Assembly: GCA_038231435.1 (NCBI GenBank)
Contig: JBBRLJ010000003.1
Span: 133,407-197,406 of the forward strand
From: Planctomycetota bacterium
Lineage (GTDB): Bacteria > Planctomycetota > UBA11346
Reading direction: 5' to 3'
Length of the DNA stretch: 64,000 nt
Shown piece after piece: positions 39,093-50,300 of the stretch. Within the stretch, counting starts at the first letter, position 1. Every line of letters begins with the position of its first letter. The notes beneath the pieces are model-generated. The model saw only the letters and a program-made list of their open reading frames with translations. It was not told where the DNA came from and did not search any database. The position numbers and the translations under genes were made by a program.

Positions 39093-42000
39093 GCGGGCGA
39101 GACGAGCCGCCACAGGCGACCGAGCCAGGCGAGCGTCCGCTGCTTCAGGCGTTCGGCGACCACGTAGAATGCTGGCACCACCACCAGGCTCAGCAGCGTC
39201 GAGACCAGCACGCCGCCGAACACCGCCACCGCCATCGGCTGGCGGGTCTCGGCGCCCGCGCCCAGCCCCAGGGCGGTGGGCACCGCCGCCATCATCGTCG
39301 CCGCCGAGGTCATGATGATCGGACGCAGGCGCACGGCGCCGGCCTTGGCCATCGCCTCGACTGGGCCATCGCCCTCGGCGCGCGCCTTGTCGGCGTAGTC
39401 GACGAGGATGATCGAGTTCTTCTTCACGATGCCCATCAGCAGCAGGATGCCGATGACGCTGAAGGTATTTATGGTGAAGCCGCCGATATACAGCGCCGCG
39501 GCCGCGCCGGCGATCGCCAGCGGCAGCACGGTGAGCACGGTGATCGGATGCAGGAAGGATTCGAACTGCGCCGCGAGGATGAGGTAGGCGATCACCAGGC
39601 CGAGCACGAAGGTGATGGCGAAGTTGACGAACATCTCCTTGGTCTGCGCGCTCGCCCCCTGCTCCACCATGGTGACACCGTCGGGGAGGTCCTTGGTCAG
39701 CGCGGCGACCACCGCCAAGCCGTCGTTCTGGGCGTGGTCCTTCGCGGTGTTCGCGAAGATCGACAGCGCGCGGCTGTGGTCCTTGTGGGTGATGGCCTGC
39801 ATCGCCGAGCGCTCCTCGATGGTCACCAGGCTCGAGAGCGGCACCATGGCTCCCCTGCCGGGATCGCCCGCGTGCGCGGGTGCGCGGATGCGAAAGCCGG
39901 CGAGATCCTCGGGCCGCCGGCGGTCCTCGGCGAGCAGACGCGCGCGCACGTCCACGCGCCGGCTGCCGGCAGTGAACTTCCCGACCTTCACGCCGCCGAC
40001 CAGGGCATTGACCGCGGTGGCGACGTCGTCGACCGAGATGCCGAGATCCTGCGCGCGGGCGCGATCGGGGATGATGGCGATCTCGGGCTTGCCGAGGTGG
40101 TAGTCGCTGTCGACGTCGACCAGCACGTCGCCCGGCACCACCTTCCTGGTCTTCTTACCGATGAACGAGAACTCTTCGATCTCGACGGGATCGCGCGAGC
40201 GCATGCGCTCCATCAGGCGCTTGCTCGCGCCGGTGAGCGCCTCCCAGTCGTTGCCGCGGATCGAGAACTCGATCGGGAAGCCGCGCCCGCCGCCGAACCC
40301 GCCCTTCGAGGGATCCTGCACCACCGCCTTGCAGCCGGGGTACGAGTTGAACTCGACGCGTGCGATGTCGGCCACCTCGGTGGCATTGAGCTTGCGCTCC
40401 TTCGGCGGCTTGAGGGTGATGAACATCACCCCGGCGTTCACGCCACCGCCGAAACCCTCGCCGATGATGGTGAACTCGCGCTCGATCTCTGGCCGGGTCT
40501 TGAGCCAATCCTCGGCGCGCCGGATGAGGCGGTCGGTCTCCTCGAGATTGGCGCCGGTGTCGGTCTCGAAGCGTACGAACAGGCTGCTCTGATCCTGGCC
40601 TGGGGCCTGCTCGGAGCCCAAGTGCATGAGGAACCAGAACGAGCCGACGAACACGCCGACGGCCATGGCGAGCACGATCCACGGGCTGCGTAGCGACCAG
40701 CCGAGCACGTGGTGGTAGCCGCGCGCGATGAATGCGAACGCGGCGTCCGAGCCGCGCCCGAGCAGCGATTTGCGCGACCCCGCGAGATCCAGGAACTGCG
40801 CGCAGCGCGCTGGAGCGAGGGTGATCGCCTCGAGGTACGACAGCGCCACGGCCACGCACAGCGCCACACCGAACTGCATGAAGAACTTGCCGACCAAGCC
40901 CTTCATGAAGACCACCGGCAGGAAGATCGCGATCACCGCCACGGTCGCGGCCAGGGCCGCGAAGGCGATCTGGTTGGTGCCGCGACGCGCCGCCTCGGGC
41001 GCGGACATGCCCAGGTCGCGGTGCCGACTGATGTTCTCTTGCACCATGATCGCATCGTCGACCACGATGCCCACCACCAGCGCGAGCGCGAGCAGGGTGA
41101 AGGTGTTGAGCGTGAAGCCGCAGGCGTGCAGCACCGCGATGGTGCCCAGCACCGACATCGGGATGGCCAGCACCACGTTGATGGTCGCGGCGAACGAACC
41201 GAGGAAGACCAGGCATACCAGCGAGGTGAGGATCATCGCCAGCATCAGCTCGAACTCGACCTCGTGGACCGATTGGGCGATGAAGATGGTCGAGTCGTAG
41301 TTGACCGCCACCGCCATGCCTTTTGGCAGCTCCTTCTGGACCTCATCAATGGCGGCGTACACACGCTTCGCCACCGCCACCGCGTTCTCGCCGCGCTGCT
41401 TCTTCACGCCGACCGCGTAGGCGTCGATGCCGCTGTTGCGGCTGAGGGTGCGGGTGTCGGCGAAGCCGTCCTCGACCAGCGCCACGTCTTGCAGCTGCAC
41501 CGGCCGGTCGGGGCTGCCGCCCACCACCACGTGCCTGAACGCCTCGACGTCGAAGGCCTCGCCGAGCACGCGCACCTCGATCTCGCGGCCGACCGTCTCG
41601 AGGCGCCCGGCGGGCAGCTCGAGGTGCTCGCGGCGCAGACGGTTCAGGGCCTCGACGATGGTCAGGTCATGGGCGTCGAGCTTGTCCTGGTCGAACCACA
41701 GGCGCACGTTGCGATCGACATTGCCGCCAAACTGGATGTCGCCCACGCCCGGGACGCGCTGCAGGCGCTCCTTGAGCCGGTAGCGGGTCGCGTCGGCGAG
41801 CTCGCGCCGCGAGAACGACCCCGACAGGCTGACCCACATGATCGGGAAGTCCTCGAGATTGAACTTCTGGATGGTGGGCGGATCCACGTCCTTCGGCAGC
41901 AGGCCCTGCACCTGGCTGACTTTCGACTGCACGTCCTGCAGCGCTGAATCGATGTTGCGGTTGACGTCGAACTCGAGCGTGACGCTGCCACCGCCGAGGG

Positions 42001-42253
42001 TGGACGTCGAGGACAGCGAGGTCACGCCCTCGACCTGGGCGAGCGCATCCTCGAGCGTGTCGATGACATCGTGCTCGACCGATTCCGGCGCCGCACCCTG
42101 CCACGAGACCCCGACCGCGATGAACGGCAGGTCGACGTCGGGCAGATTGCTGATGCCGATGCGCGCGATGGCCGCGCCGCCGAAGAACACCACGGCCAGG
42201 AACAGGGCCCACGCCATCACCGGCCGGCGGATGCACAGCTCGGTGAGGTTCAT
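39089..42253 (-). CDS. RND efflux transporter permease (AcrB/MdtC family)
   Basis: IRRPV, GIVVDDAI proton-relay motif, AQFES..HP, GIVKKNSI, RLRPIIMT. Confidence 0.96.
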   Translation of the reverse strand: MNLTELCIRRPVMAWALFLAVVFFGGAAIARIGISNLPDVDLPFIAVGVSWQGAAPESVEHDVIDTLEDALAQVEGVTSLSSTSTLGGGSVTLEFDVNRNIDSALQDVQSKVSQVQGLLPKDVDPPTIQKFNLEDFPIMWVSLSGSFSRRELADATRYRLKERLQRVPGVGDIQFGGNVDRNVRLWFDQDKLDAHDLTIVEALNRLRREHLELPAGRLETVGREIEVRVLGEAFDVEAFRHVVVGGSPDRPVQLQDVALVEDGFADTRTLSRNSGIDAYAVGVKKQRGENAVAVAKRVYAAIDEVQKELPKGMAVAVNYDSTIFIAQSVHEVEFELMLAMILTSLVCLVFLGSFAATINVVLAIPMSVLGTIAVLHACGFTLNTFTLLALALVVGIVVDDAIMVQENISRHRDLGMSAPEAARRGTNQIAFAALAATVAVIAIFLPVVFMKGLVGKFFMQFGVALCVAVALSYLEAITLAPARCAQFLDLAGSRKSLLGRGSDAAFAFIARGYHHVLGWSLRSPWIVLAMAVGVFVGSFWFLMHLGSEQAPGQDQSSLFVRFETDTGANLEETDRLIRRAEDWLKTRPEIEREFTIIGEGFGGGVNAGVMFITLKPPKERKLNATEVADIARVEFNSYPGCKAVVQDPSKGGFGGGRGFPIEFSIRGNDWEALTGASKRLMERMRSRDPVEIEEFSFIGKKTRKVVPGDVLVDVDSDYHLGKPEIAIIPDRARAQDLGISVDDVATAVNALVGGVKVGKFTAGSRRVDVRARLLAEDRRRPEDLAGFRIRAPAHAGDPGRGAMVPLSSLVTIEERSAMQAITHKDHSRALSIFANTAKDHAQNDGLAVVAALTKDLPDGVTMVEQGASAQTKEMFVNFAITFVLGLVIAYLILAAQFESFLHPITVLTVLPLAIAGAAAALYIGGFTINTFSVIGILLLMGIVKKNSIILVDYADKARAEGDGPVEAMAKAGAVRLRPIIMTSAATMMAAVPTALGLGAGAETRQPMAVAVFGGVLVSTLLSLVVVPAFYVVAERLKQRTLAWLGRLWRLVSPA

Positions 42254-42254
42254 G

Positions 42255-43511
42255 TCAGTGTCCGGTCTGCCCCGCGCCAGAAGCCGCCGCTGGCGATACC
42301 GGATCGGATGTCGCTGGCATCTTGATCTCGTCAGGCTTTTCCACGTTCTTCACCTTCTCCACTTTCTTCACCTGCTCCACCCGCTCATTGGAGATGCGCA
42401 CCTCGGCGCCCTCGCGCAGCGATTCGCTGCCGCGCACCACCAGCGCCTCGCCTGCAGCCAGGCCAGCGCGCACCTCGCGGCCTCCATCGGGCGTGTGCAT
42501 GCCCAGGGTCAGGCGCCGCTCGTGGGCGATGGATGTGCCGGCCTCGTCGACGACCACGTACGCGAGGAAGCCGCGCTCGCTCGGGCGCACCGCGCCTTCG
42601 GGCACGATGATCGCGTCGCCGAGCTTCGGCTGCTCGATGCCGACCATGGCGAACGATCCGGCCCTGAGGTCGCCACCGGCCTTCTCGGCGACGATCGCGA
42701 TCACCGGCACCAGGCGCGACGCCTCGTCGGCGCGATCGGCGACGCACGACACGGTGGCGGGGTGGTCGCCCTCTGCGCCACGCACGCGGAAGGCCACCGC
42801 CTGGCCGACCGAGATGGTGTGGGCGTCCTCCTCGGTCACGCTGAAACGCAGCCGCAACGGATCGCTGCGCACCAGGATGGCGATGGCCGTTCCCGGCTGC
42901 ACGTACTGTCCGGTGTCGACGAGCCGCTCCTGGATCACGCCGGCGATCGGAGCGGAGACGCGTGCGTCGCGCAGATCGAGCTCGGCCTTGGCGAGCGCGG
43001 CCGTCGCCGCGGACACGTCGGCCTGGGCCTGGGCCGCCTTGGCGCGGAACTGCGCGAGCTCCTCCTCCTTAACCAGAGCTGGCTGACCGCGCGACAGGTC
43101 TTCGCGGCGCTTGAGGCCCGAGGCGGCGTCATCGAGCACCGCCTGCGCATGCGCCGCCGAGGCCTTCGCCGATTCGACGCCCAGTCGGTAGCGTTCCGGT
43201 TCGATCTCGGCCACCACCTGGCCCGACTCGATGCGGTCGCCCTCGGCGACCAGCACCTTCTCGACCACGCCGGCGACACGCGCGGTCGCGCGCACCACCT
43301 CGAAGGGCACCAGGCTGCCGATGCCGCTGATGCGGCGGCTCAGCGGTCGAGCGGCGACGATCGCGGTCTCGACCGGATAGCGCACATCGACCGGTGTCTC
43401 GGACTTCTTCTCCTTGGCCGGGCCGCATCCCGCGAGGATGGCGAGGACGATGCCCGATCCGGCGATCCATGTGCTGCGGATGGTCGGGATCGCCGAAGCG
43501 TTCCCTCTCAC
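42255..43511 (-). CDS. RND periplasmic adaptor (MFP), probable lipoprotein
   Basis: LAGC lipobox; 'ARVAGVVEKVLVAEGDRI', 'SAPIAGVI'. GTG start overlaps the TolC stop. Confidence 0.92.
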   Translation of the reverse strand: MRGNASAIPTIRSTWIAGSGIVLAILAGCGPAKEKKSETPVDVRYPVETAIVAARPLSRRISGIGSLVPFEVVRATARVAGVVEKVLVAEGDRIESGQVVAEIEPERYRLGVESAKASAAHAQAVLDDAASGLKRREDLSRGQPALVKEEELAQFRAKAAQAQADVSAATAALAKAELDLRDARVSAPIAGVIQERLVDTGQYVQPGTAIAILVRSDPLRLRFSVTEEDAHTISVGQAVAFRVRGAEGDHPATVSCVADRADEASRLVPVIAIVAEKAGGDLRAGSFAMVGIEQPKLGDAIIVPEGAVRPSERGFLAYVVVDEAGTSIAHERRLTLGMHTPDGGREVRAGLAAGEALVVRGSESLREGAEVRISNERVEQVKKVEKVKNVEKPDEIKMPATSDPVSPAAASGAGQTGH

Positions 43512-45019
43512 CGCCGGGCGTCCGCGGCATCGGGAGCCGTCAACGGCGCCGGCTTGGAAGGCGCCACTGGCGGCTCCTCGGCGCTCAGCGGCCACATGCC
43601 CGCCAGACGGCGCAGTTCGAAGCCGCTGTTCTGCAGGTCAAGGCGACGCAGCGCCAGGTCGCTCTCGGCTTCGAACTGCGAGGCGTTGGCGTCGGCCAGC
43701 TCGAGCGCGGTGGCGAGGCCCTGGTTGGAACGGGCCTGGACCTCGCGCGCATTGGCCTGCGCGACCAGCAGGCGCACCTTGGCCTGCTCGATCGCGGACT
43801 CGGCCGAGGTGAGGTTGACCATGGCGGTGGAGAGGTCGCGATGCAGGGCACCCTTGGCGCTCGCCAGCAGCGACTCGATCTCGCGCGCGGACGCGTCGCG
43901 GCCCGCCGCCACCGCTTCGCGGTTGCCGCCGTCGTAGATCGTCCAGTTGGCGTTGAGGGACACCGTCCATTGCGGATCGCCGTCGGGCGTGACGCGCGAA
44001 TCGGTGGTGCGGTCGCTGTAGCTGCCGGTGACGCTCAGCGTCGGGACGATGCCGAGGCGCGTCTGCTGGGCGAGCTTGCGCTGGATCTCGGCGCGCAGTT
44101 GCGACGACAGCAGGTCGTCGCGGTGCATGAGCGCGTACGGTTCCAAGGTGGCGGGATCGCGCGACGGGATCTGGGCCGGCACCGGCTCGGCGAGCGGGCC
44201 GTCGGCGGGTACCGCCATCAGCTCGGCCAGCGACAGCCGCGTGGTATCGACCGCCTGCCTAGCGTTGGTCAGCGACAGATCGGCCTGGGCGAGCTCGAGC
44301 TTGGCGCGGGTGGCGTCGTTCTCGCTGGCGAGTCCGGCATCCGCGCGCGCGCGCGCATCGGAGACGCTGCGCTCGGCGACGGCGCGGCGGCGCAGCGCGG
44401 CGCCGAGCTGGCTCTCGGCGGCGATGATGCTGATGTAGCCGCGCGCGACCGCGAACGATAGGCTGCGGCGGAGGTCGCGCGAATCGCGCACCTGCGCGGC
44501 GACGTTCTTGTTGGCCGCTGTGACGCCCGGGAAGGCCGAGGCGTTGAACAGCGACAAGGTGACGCCGGCGACGCCGCTCAAGGTGCGCACCGGGCGCTCG
44601 GCGAATGGCGCGTCGGATTGCGATACCACCGCATAGCTGCCCGAGGCGCTAATCGTGGGACGCAGGAACGAGTACGCCTGCTGCTCGAGCGCGTAGGCCT
44701 GGTCGAGGCGCGCCTGCGAAACGTCGCGTGTGACGTTGTGCTGCGCGGACAGCGCGAGGGCCTCGGGCATGGTCAGCGTGGGGCCACGGCGCACGGGCAT
44801 CGGCGGCAGGGGCGTCGGCGCGGCTGGCGGAACATTCACCGCCGCGGCTGGAGCAACGGCCGGCGCGACCGGCTGCGCGGCTGGAGCCGGAGCATTCGCC
44901 ACCGGTGCCGGTGCGACTGGTGCCGGCTGATCCTCGGCCGTGGCCATTCCCGGCATGAGCAGCGGGAGTGACAGGATCAGGGTTAGGATCAGGGATGGTT
45001 TCAGGGATAGGCGGGCCAT
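43508..45019 (-). CDS. TolC-family outer membrane efflux protein
   Basis: Signal peptide, Pro/Ala linker, 'WTIYDGG', 'GLATALELADA'; first gene of the RND operon. Confidence 0.9.
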   Translation of the reverse strand: MARLSLKPSLILTLILSLPLLMPGMATAEDQPAPVAPAPVANAPAPAAQPVAPAVAPAAAVNVPPAAPTPLPPMPVRRGPTLTMPEALALSAQHNVTRDVSQARLDQAYALEQQAYSFLRPTISASGSYAVVSQSDAPFAERPVRTLSGVAGVTLSLFNASAFPGVTAANKNVAAQVRDSRDLRRSLSFAVARGYISIIAAESQLGAALRRRAVAERSVSDARARADAGLASENDATRAKLELAQADLSLTNARQAVDTTRLSLAELMAVPADGPLAEPVPAQIPSRDPATLEPYALMHRDDLLSSQLRAEIQRKLAQQTRLGIVPTLSVTGSYSDRTTDSRVTPDGDPQWTVSLNANWTIYDGGNREAVAAGRDASAREIESLLASAKGALHRDLSTAMVNLTSAESAIEQAKVRLLVAQANAREVQARSNQGLATALELADANASQFEAESDLALRRLDLQNSGFELRRLAGMWPLSAEEPPVAPSKPAPLTAPDAADARR

Positions 45020-45104
45020 GCGTCCTCGCAGGGTACTTGGGCCATGCTAAGGCGGATGTGGATTTTGGCCCGTTTAAAATTGCTCTCAAGCTCTTCGCAA
45101 GAGC

Positions 45105-45917
45105 ATGTGCACCATGGGCTCGGGCGCTTGCTTCGCGGCCGTCGGGGATGTCCATGGCGAACACGCGCGCATGGTCGACCTGCTCACGGCATGGGAACGG
45201 ACTTCGGGCCGGCAGCTGTCCTTCGTTCTCCAAGTCGGCGATTTCGAGGCCAATCGTCACGAAAACGACCGGCTCGGTCGATCCCCGGACGCCCACCTGG
45301 GAGACTTCCCCGCGTTTCTCGCAGGTGCCAGGAGCTTTCCCTGGCCGGTGTTTGTCATGGGCGGCAATCACGAGCCATACGCATGGCTGGACGGCCTCGA
45401 GCCGGGAGCCGAGCTCGCTCCGAACTGCTTCTGGCTCGGCTGGCGGGGCAGCCGCAAACTGGGCGGCCTGCGCATCGGCTGGCTCGGCGGCATCCACAGC
45501 CCGAAAGCATTCGCCGGAACCCGACCGCTCGCCGGACAGGGCGCCGCGTGGAAGCTGTCCACCTACTTCACCAGCGAGGATGTCGCGGCGGTGGCCGCGG
45601 CGGCTCCGCTGGACGTGCTGATGCTCCACGATTGGCCCGCGGGCCTGGTGGCGCGCGGCACGGCTGATCCGTTCGCGGGGACCGCCATCAAGCCGTGGTT
45701 CGTCGGCAACCAGCCAGCGCGGACGCTGGTCGACACGCTCCAGCCACGGCTGGTCCTCTGCGGACACATGCACGTCGCGCACCGCGCACTGATCGGCGAC
45801 AGCGTGGTGCGCTGCCTGGCCAGCGTCGGCCAGGGGCCGGGCGCTTGCGCGTTCTTCGCCATCGAGGGGACACAGCCAGGCGGGACAGCGGTCAGCGAGC
45901 TCGGGGAGATCCGTTGA
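45105..45917 (+). CDS. metallophosphoesterase resembling the lariat debranching enzyme Dbr1 catalytic domain
   Basis: GDVHG, VGDF, GGNHE, LHDWP, CGHMH. Start at 45105 or 45114. Confidence 0.85.
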   Translation: MCTMGSGACFAAVGDVHGEHARMVDLLTAWERTSGRQLSFVLQVGDFEANRHENDRLGRSPDAHLGDFPAFLAGARSFPWPVFVMGGNHEPYAWLDGLEPGAELAPNCFWLGWRGSRKLGGLRIGWLGGIHSPKAFAGTRPLAGQGAAWKLSTYFTSEDVAAVAAAAPLDVLMLHDWPAGLVARGTADPFAGTAIKPWFVGNQPARTLVDTLQPRLVLCGHMHVAHRALIGDSVVRCLASVGQGPGACAFFAIEGTQPGGTAVSELGEIR

Positions 45918-45931
45918 TGGGTCCAACCGGA

Positions 45932-47311
45932 CTAATCGCCGCCACCACCACCTCCTCCGCCGCCGCCTGCGGCCGGCGCGGCTGACGAGCCGCCGAGCGA
46001 TCCGAGGTGCTCGACCTGCACCAGGCCGAGCCGCACCGCGAACAGTGCCTGGTTGTAGCCAGAGCGGGTGTCGTCGTAGGCGCGCCTCGCCTCGAGCACA
46101 TCGATGAGGCCGGTGGCGCCTTCTCGGTAGGCGGCCTCCGAGATCTCGAGCCCGTGGCGGGCGCGCGCGAGCGTCTCGGCCGAGTACACCGCGAGCACCT
46201 GACGTGATGAGTCGTACGCCAGCCAGACCTTCTCGACGTCGTTCACCGCCGCGGTCCTGACCATCAGGTATTGCGCCTCGGCCTGGCGCAGCAGCGCTGC
46301 CGCCTGTGCCGAGGCGCCGCGGTAGGTGTTGAAGACCGGCAGCTCGATCGAAGCGGATACGCCAACGGTGTATTCGGCGCCCTGCAGATTGGCGCCGACG
46401 CCGACGGTGACATCGGGGACGCGTTGCGCCTCGGCGAGGCGCAACGCAGCGTTCGCCGCATCCACCTGACGCTTCGCCGCGAGGACATCGGGGCGTTCAC
46501 CCGCACGCGCGCGCAGATCCTCCAACGTCGTCGTCGACGGCGGAGCGATCAGATCGCCGTTCGGCACCACCGTGGCTCCGGGATGCCATGCGGACGCCGA
46601 GGATGGAGTCATGACGTCGGTTGGAACTTGGATGGTAGGCGCGATCGCGGCCACCAGATCGGAGATCGCCTGGTCGTACCGCAGGCGCGCGGCGAGCTTG
46701 GCCTGCTGGTATTGGACCCGGCCGACCTGGAAGCGCACCAGATCCCCGGCGGGGATGTCCCCCTCTGTCACCTGCGTCCGCATCAGCGCTTCGGTACGCG
46801 CGATCGACGCCAGCACCTCGTCGGCCAGGGCCTCGTCCTCGCGCGCGAGGATCGCGCCGTAGAAGGACGCGTAGACCGCCAGGGTCAGCTGGCGCAGAGC
46901 GTCGCTGGCGGATGCCTCGGCGGAGAGCTCTTGGTTACGCGCGGTCATCGTACGCCAGCGGCGCTTGCCGGCGGTCTCGAAGAGCTGCTCCAGGCCCACG
47001 GCGTAGGTCCGTCCGGTATCGGTGGTCGCTCGGGGATGCGTCGGTGAGACGCCGGAATTCTCGAGCGACAGGACCGGATTGGGCAGCCGCGACGCCGCGT
47101 GGGTTGCGGCGCGCGCGGCCTCGACCCCGGCGTTCGCAGCGACCAGTCCGGGATTGTTGCGGCGCATCATGTCGAGCGCCTGGTCGATGGTGAGTTCCAT
47201 GCGCTCGGCATCCGCGGCGGGGGCCTTGACCTCCGTGTCGGCGGTCCAGGCGAAGCCGCCCCAGCCGAGCAAGGCCACAACGGCCAACTGGCGAACCACG
47301 CGCGCGCTCAT
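45932..47311 (-). CDS. czcC: CzcC/TolC-family outer membrane protein
   Basis: 'LPNPVLS', 'ETAGKR', 'ELPVFN', 'AYREGATGLIDVLEARR'; coupled to czcA. Confidence 0.85.
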   Translation of the reverse strand: MSARVVRQLAVVALLGWGGFAWTADTEVKAPAADAERMELTIDQALDMMRRNNPGLVAANAGVEAARAATHAASRLPNPVLSLENSGVSPTHPRATTDTGRTYAVGLEQLFETAGKRRWRTMTARNQELSAEASASDALRQLTLAVYASFYGAILAREDEALADEVLASIARTEALMRTQVTEGDIPAGDLVRFQVGRVQYQQAKLAARLRYDQAISDLVAAIAPTIQVPTDVMTPSSASAWHPGATVVPNGDLIAPPSTTTLEDLRARAGERPDVLAAKRQVDAANAALRLAEAQRVPDVTVGVGANLQGAEYTVGVSASIELPVFNTYRGASAQAAALLRQAEAQYLMVRTAAVNDVEKVWLAYDSSRQVLAVYSAETLARARHGLEISEAAYREGATGLIDVLEARRAYDDTRSGYNQALFAVRLGLVQVEHLGSLGGSSAAPAAGGGGGGGGGGD

Positions 47312-50300
47312 GATGCCGGTCCGGTAGCGGTCACGTCCACGCGGCGATGGCGCCGGTCCATGACCGACAACAGCGCGGGGATCGCCAGCAGGATCAGCGG
47401 CGGGCCGAACACCATCCCGCCAACGATCACGCGCGCGAGCGGGCGCTGGGTCTCGGAGCCCATCCCGTGCGAGAATGCCGCCGGCATCAGACCGAGGCAC
47501 GCCGACAGGCAGGTCATCAGCACCGGCCGCAGCCGCTGGTGCGCCGCCGTGGACAGGGCTTCGCGTGGCGCCATGCCCTGGCGCTCGAGCGCGCGGTAGC
47601 GGCCGACCAGCAGGATGCCGGCCATCACCGCCACGCCGAACAGCGAAATGAAGCCGATCGCGGCCGAGATGCTGAACGGGGTGCGCGTCAGGAAGAGGCT
47701 GAGCACGCCGCCGCTGGCGGCGAGCGGCACCGCGGCGGCCACCACCAAGGAATCGCGCAGCGAATCCAGCGCGGCATAGAGCAGCAGGCCGATCGCCGCC
47801 AAGCTGATCGGCACGATCCAGGCCAGGCGCTGCTCGGCCTCGCTGAGCTCGCCGAATTCTCCGCTCCACTGCAGGCTGTAGCCGCGAGGCAACTTCAGCT
47901 CACGCTGCACCAGCGCCTGGGCCTCGGTAACCGCGCCGCCGAGATCGCGCCCGCGCACCGCGAACTGCACCGGGATGAATCGCTCGCCGGATTCGCGGTG
48001 GATGAACGTCGCTCCGCCATCGATGCGGATCGAGGCGAGATCGCCGAGGGGCACGCGCGCCTCCGATGGCGTGGCCACGGGGATGGCGGCGATGGCCGCG
48101 ATATCGGACCGGTATTTCGGAGCCAGGCGCACCAGCACCGGGTAGCGCCGCTCGCCGTCGAGCATCTCGGTGACCTCCTTGCCGCCGATCGCAGTCTCGA
48201 CGACGTCATCGACATCCCCGGTGTTGACGCCCACGCGCGCACAGCGCGCCCGGTCAGCTTCGATCACCAGATTCGGCTGGCCGAGCTCATGGAACACGCC
48301 CACGTCGACGACGCCACGGACGCCTTCGAGCAGGCGCTTGAGCTCGCTGCTGCGGCTCTCGAGCACATCCAGATCGGGACCGAAGACCTTCACTGAATTC
48401 TCGCCTTTCACGCCGGAGACCGCCTCCTCGACCTGATCCTGGATGACCTGGGTGAAGTTGAAGTCGATGCCGGTGAAACGACTCTCGAGCGAGCGCGACA
48501 TCTCCTCCACCAGGCGCCTTTTGTCGATGCCCTTGGGCCATGAATCGGATGGAGCCAGCGCGACGAACAGCTCGACGCTGTAGAAGCCGGAGGGATCGGT
48601 GCCATCGTCCGGGCGACCGTGCTGCGAGACCACGGTCTCTACCTCCGGGAACGCGCCGAGGATCTTGCGCATCTCGCGCACCGGTCCTTCTCCGGCGGCC
48701 AGCGAGCCTGATGCCGGCAGCGTCGCGCGCACCCACAGGTTGCCTTCCTCTAGCTTGGGAAGGAATTCGCTGCCGATGCAGCGCAGCGCGAAGACGGCCA
48801 GCACCACCACACCCAAAGCTCCCAGCAGCGCTACCGCTGGATGCGCGATCGAGAACGCCAGGCTCGGGGCATAGGCCCGGCGCAGCCCCGACACGATGCG
48901 CGTCTCGCCCTCTGATTGCCGGCGCCCGCTCAGCAGCCGGGTGACTACCGGCGACAACGTGAACGCGCCGAGCAGGGCGCCCGCCAAGGCGAAGGCGTAG
49001 GTGCGCGCCATCGGCGCGAAGATCCGCCCTTCGACCCCATGCATGGTGAAGAGCGGAATATAGGCCGCGAGGATGATCAAGGTGGCGAAGATCACGGACG
49101 GGGCGATCTCGCCCATCGCCATGGCGATGGTACGATCGCGATCGTCGCCTGCCTTGCGTTGACGGAGGTTGCGCACGATGTTCTCGACCATGATCACGTT
49201 GGCGTCGACGATGATGCCGAAATCGATGGCGCCGATCGACAGCAGGTTCGCCTGGTCTCCCGTCAGCCACATGCCGAGCACGCTGAAGAACAGCGAGAAA
49301 GGGATGGCCGCCGCTACCGCCAGCGCGCTGCGGATCTCGCCAAGGAACAGGAACTGGATGATGAACACCAGCACCATGCCCGTGACCAGGTTCCGGAGCA
49401 CGGTGTGGACGGTGGTCTCGATCAGGTCCTTGCGGTCGTAGAAGGGCACCACGTTCACGCCCTTCGGCAGCACGCCGCTGGCGTTGATGTGCTCGACCTC
49501 CTTCTCGATGCGCTCGACCACCGCCTGGGTCGCCTCGCCTCTGCGCATCAGCACGATCCCCTGGATGATGGAATCCTGGTCATCGCGTCCCGTTGAGCCG
49601 AGGCGCTCCTGGCCGCCAATCGATATCGTCGCCACGTCGCGCAGCAGCACGGGAGAGCTGCCACGCTGATCCAGGACGATCAGCCCGAGATCGTCGACGG
49701 TTCGGGCCAGCCCGATGCCGCGCACGGCGATCGATTGCTCGCCGATCTCGAGGGTTCGACCACCGACGTTCGCATTCCCCTTCGCGACCGCTTCGGCGAT
49801 GGATGGGATGGACAACCCGAGACCCTGGATCCTCGGGAGATCGAGGTCGATATGGTATTCGCGCGCCGGGCCTCCCCAGGTGGCGACATCGTTGACCCCT
49901 GGCACCGCGCGGAAGCGCTTCTGGAGCGTCCAATCCTGCAGCGCCCGCAGCTCTCCCACGTCGAACCCCCGAGGGGCGACCAGCTGGTAGCGATAGACCT
50001 CGCCCACGGTGCTTTCCGGCGAGATGTCGGGCTGCACGCCGTCTGGAAGCTGCAGCTGGGCGAGTTCGTTGCGCACGAGCTGCTCATCGCGATGGGGATC
50101 GGTGCTGTATGCAAACTGCAGGTTCACATCTCCAAGCCCGTACATCGACAGCGAACGTACATGTCGAAGCCCGGGCAGACCCGCCAAGGCGGTCTCGAGC
50201 GGGATGGTGACGTAGCGCTCGACCTCCTCGGAGGATCTGCCCGGGTACTGGGCGAGGATGTCGAACATCGGCGGCGAAGGATCGGGATAGGCTTCGATGT

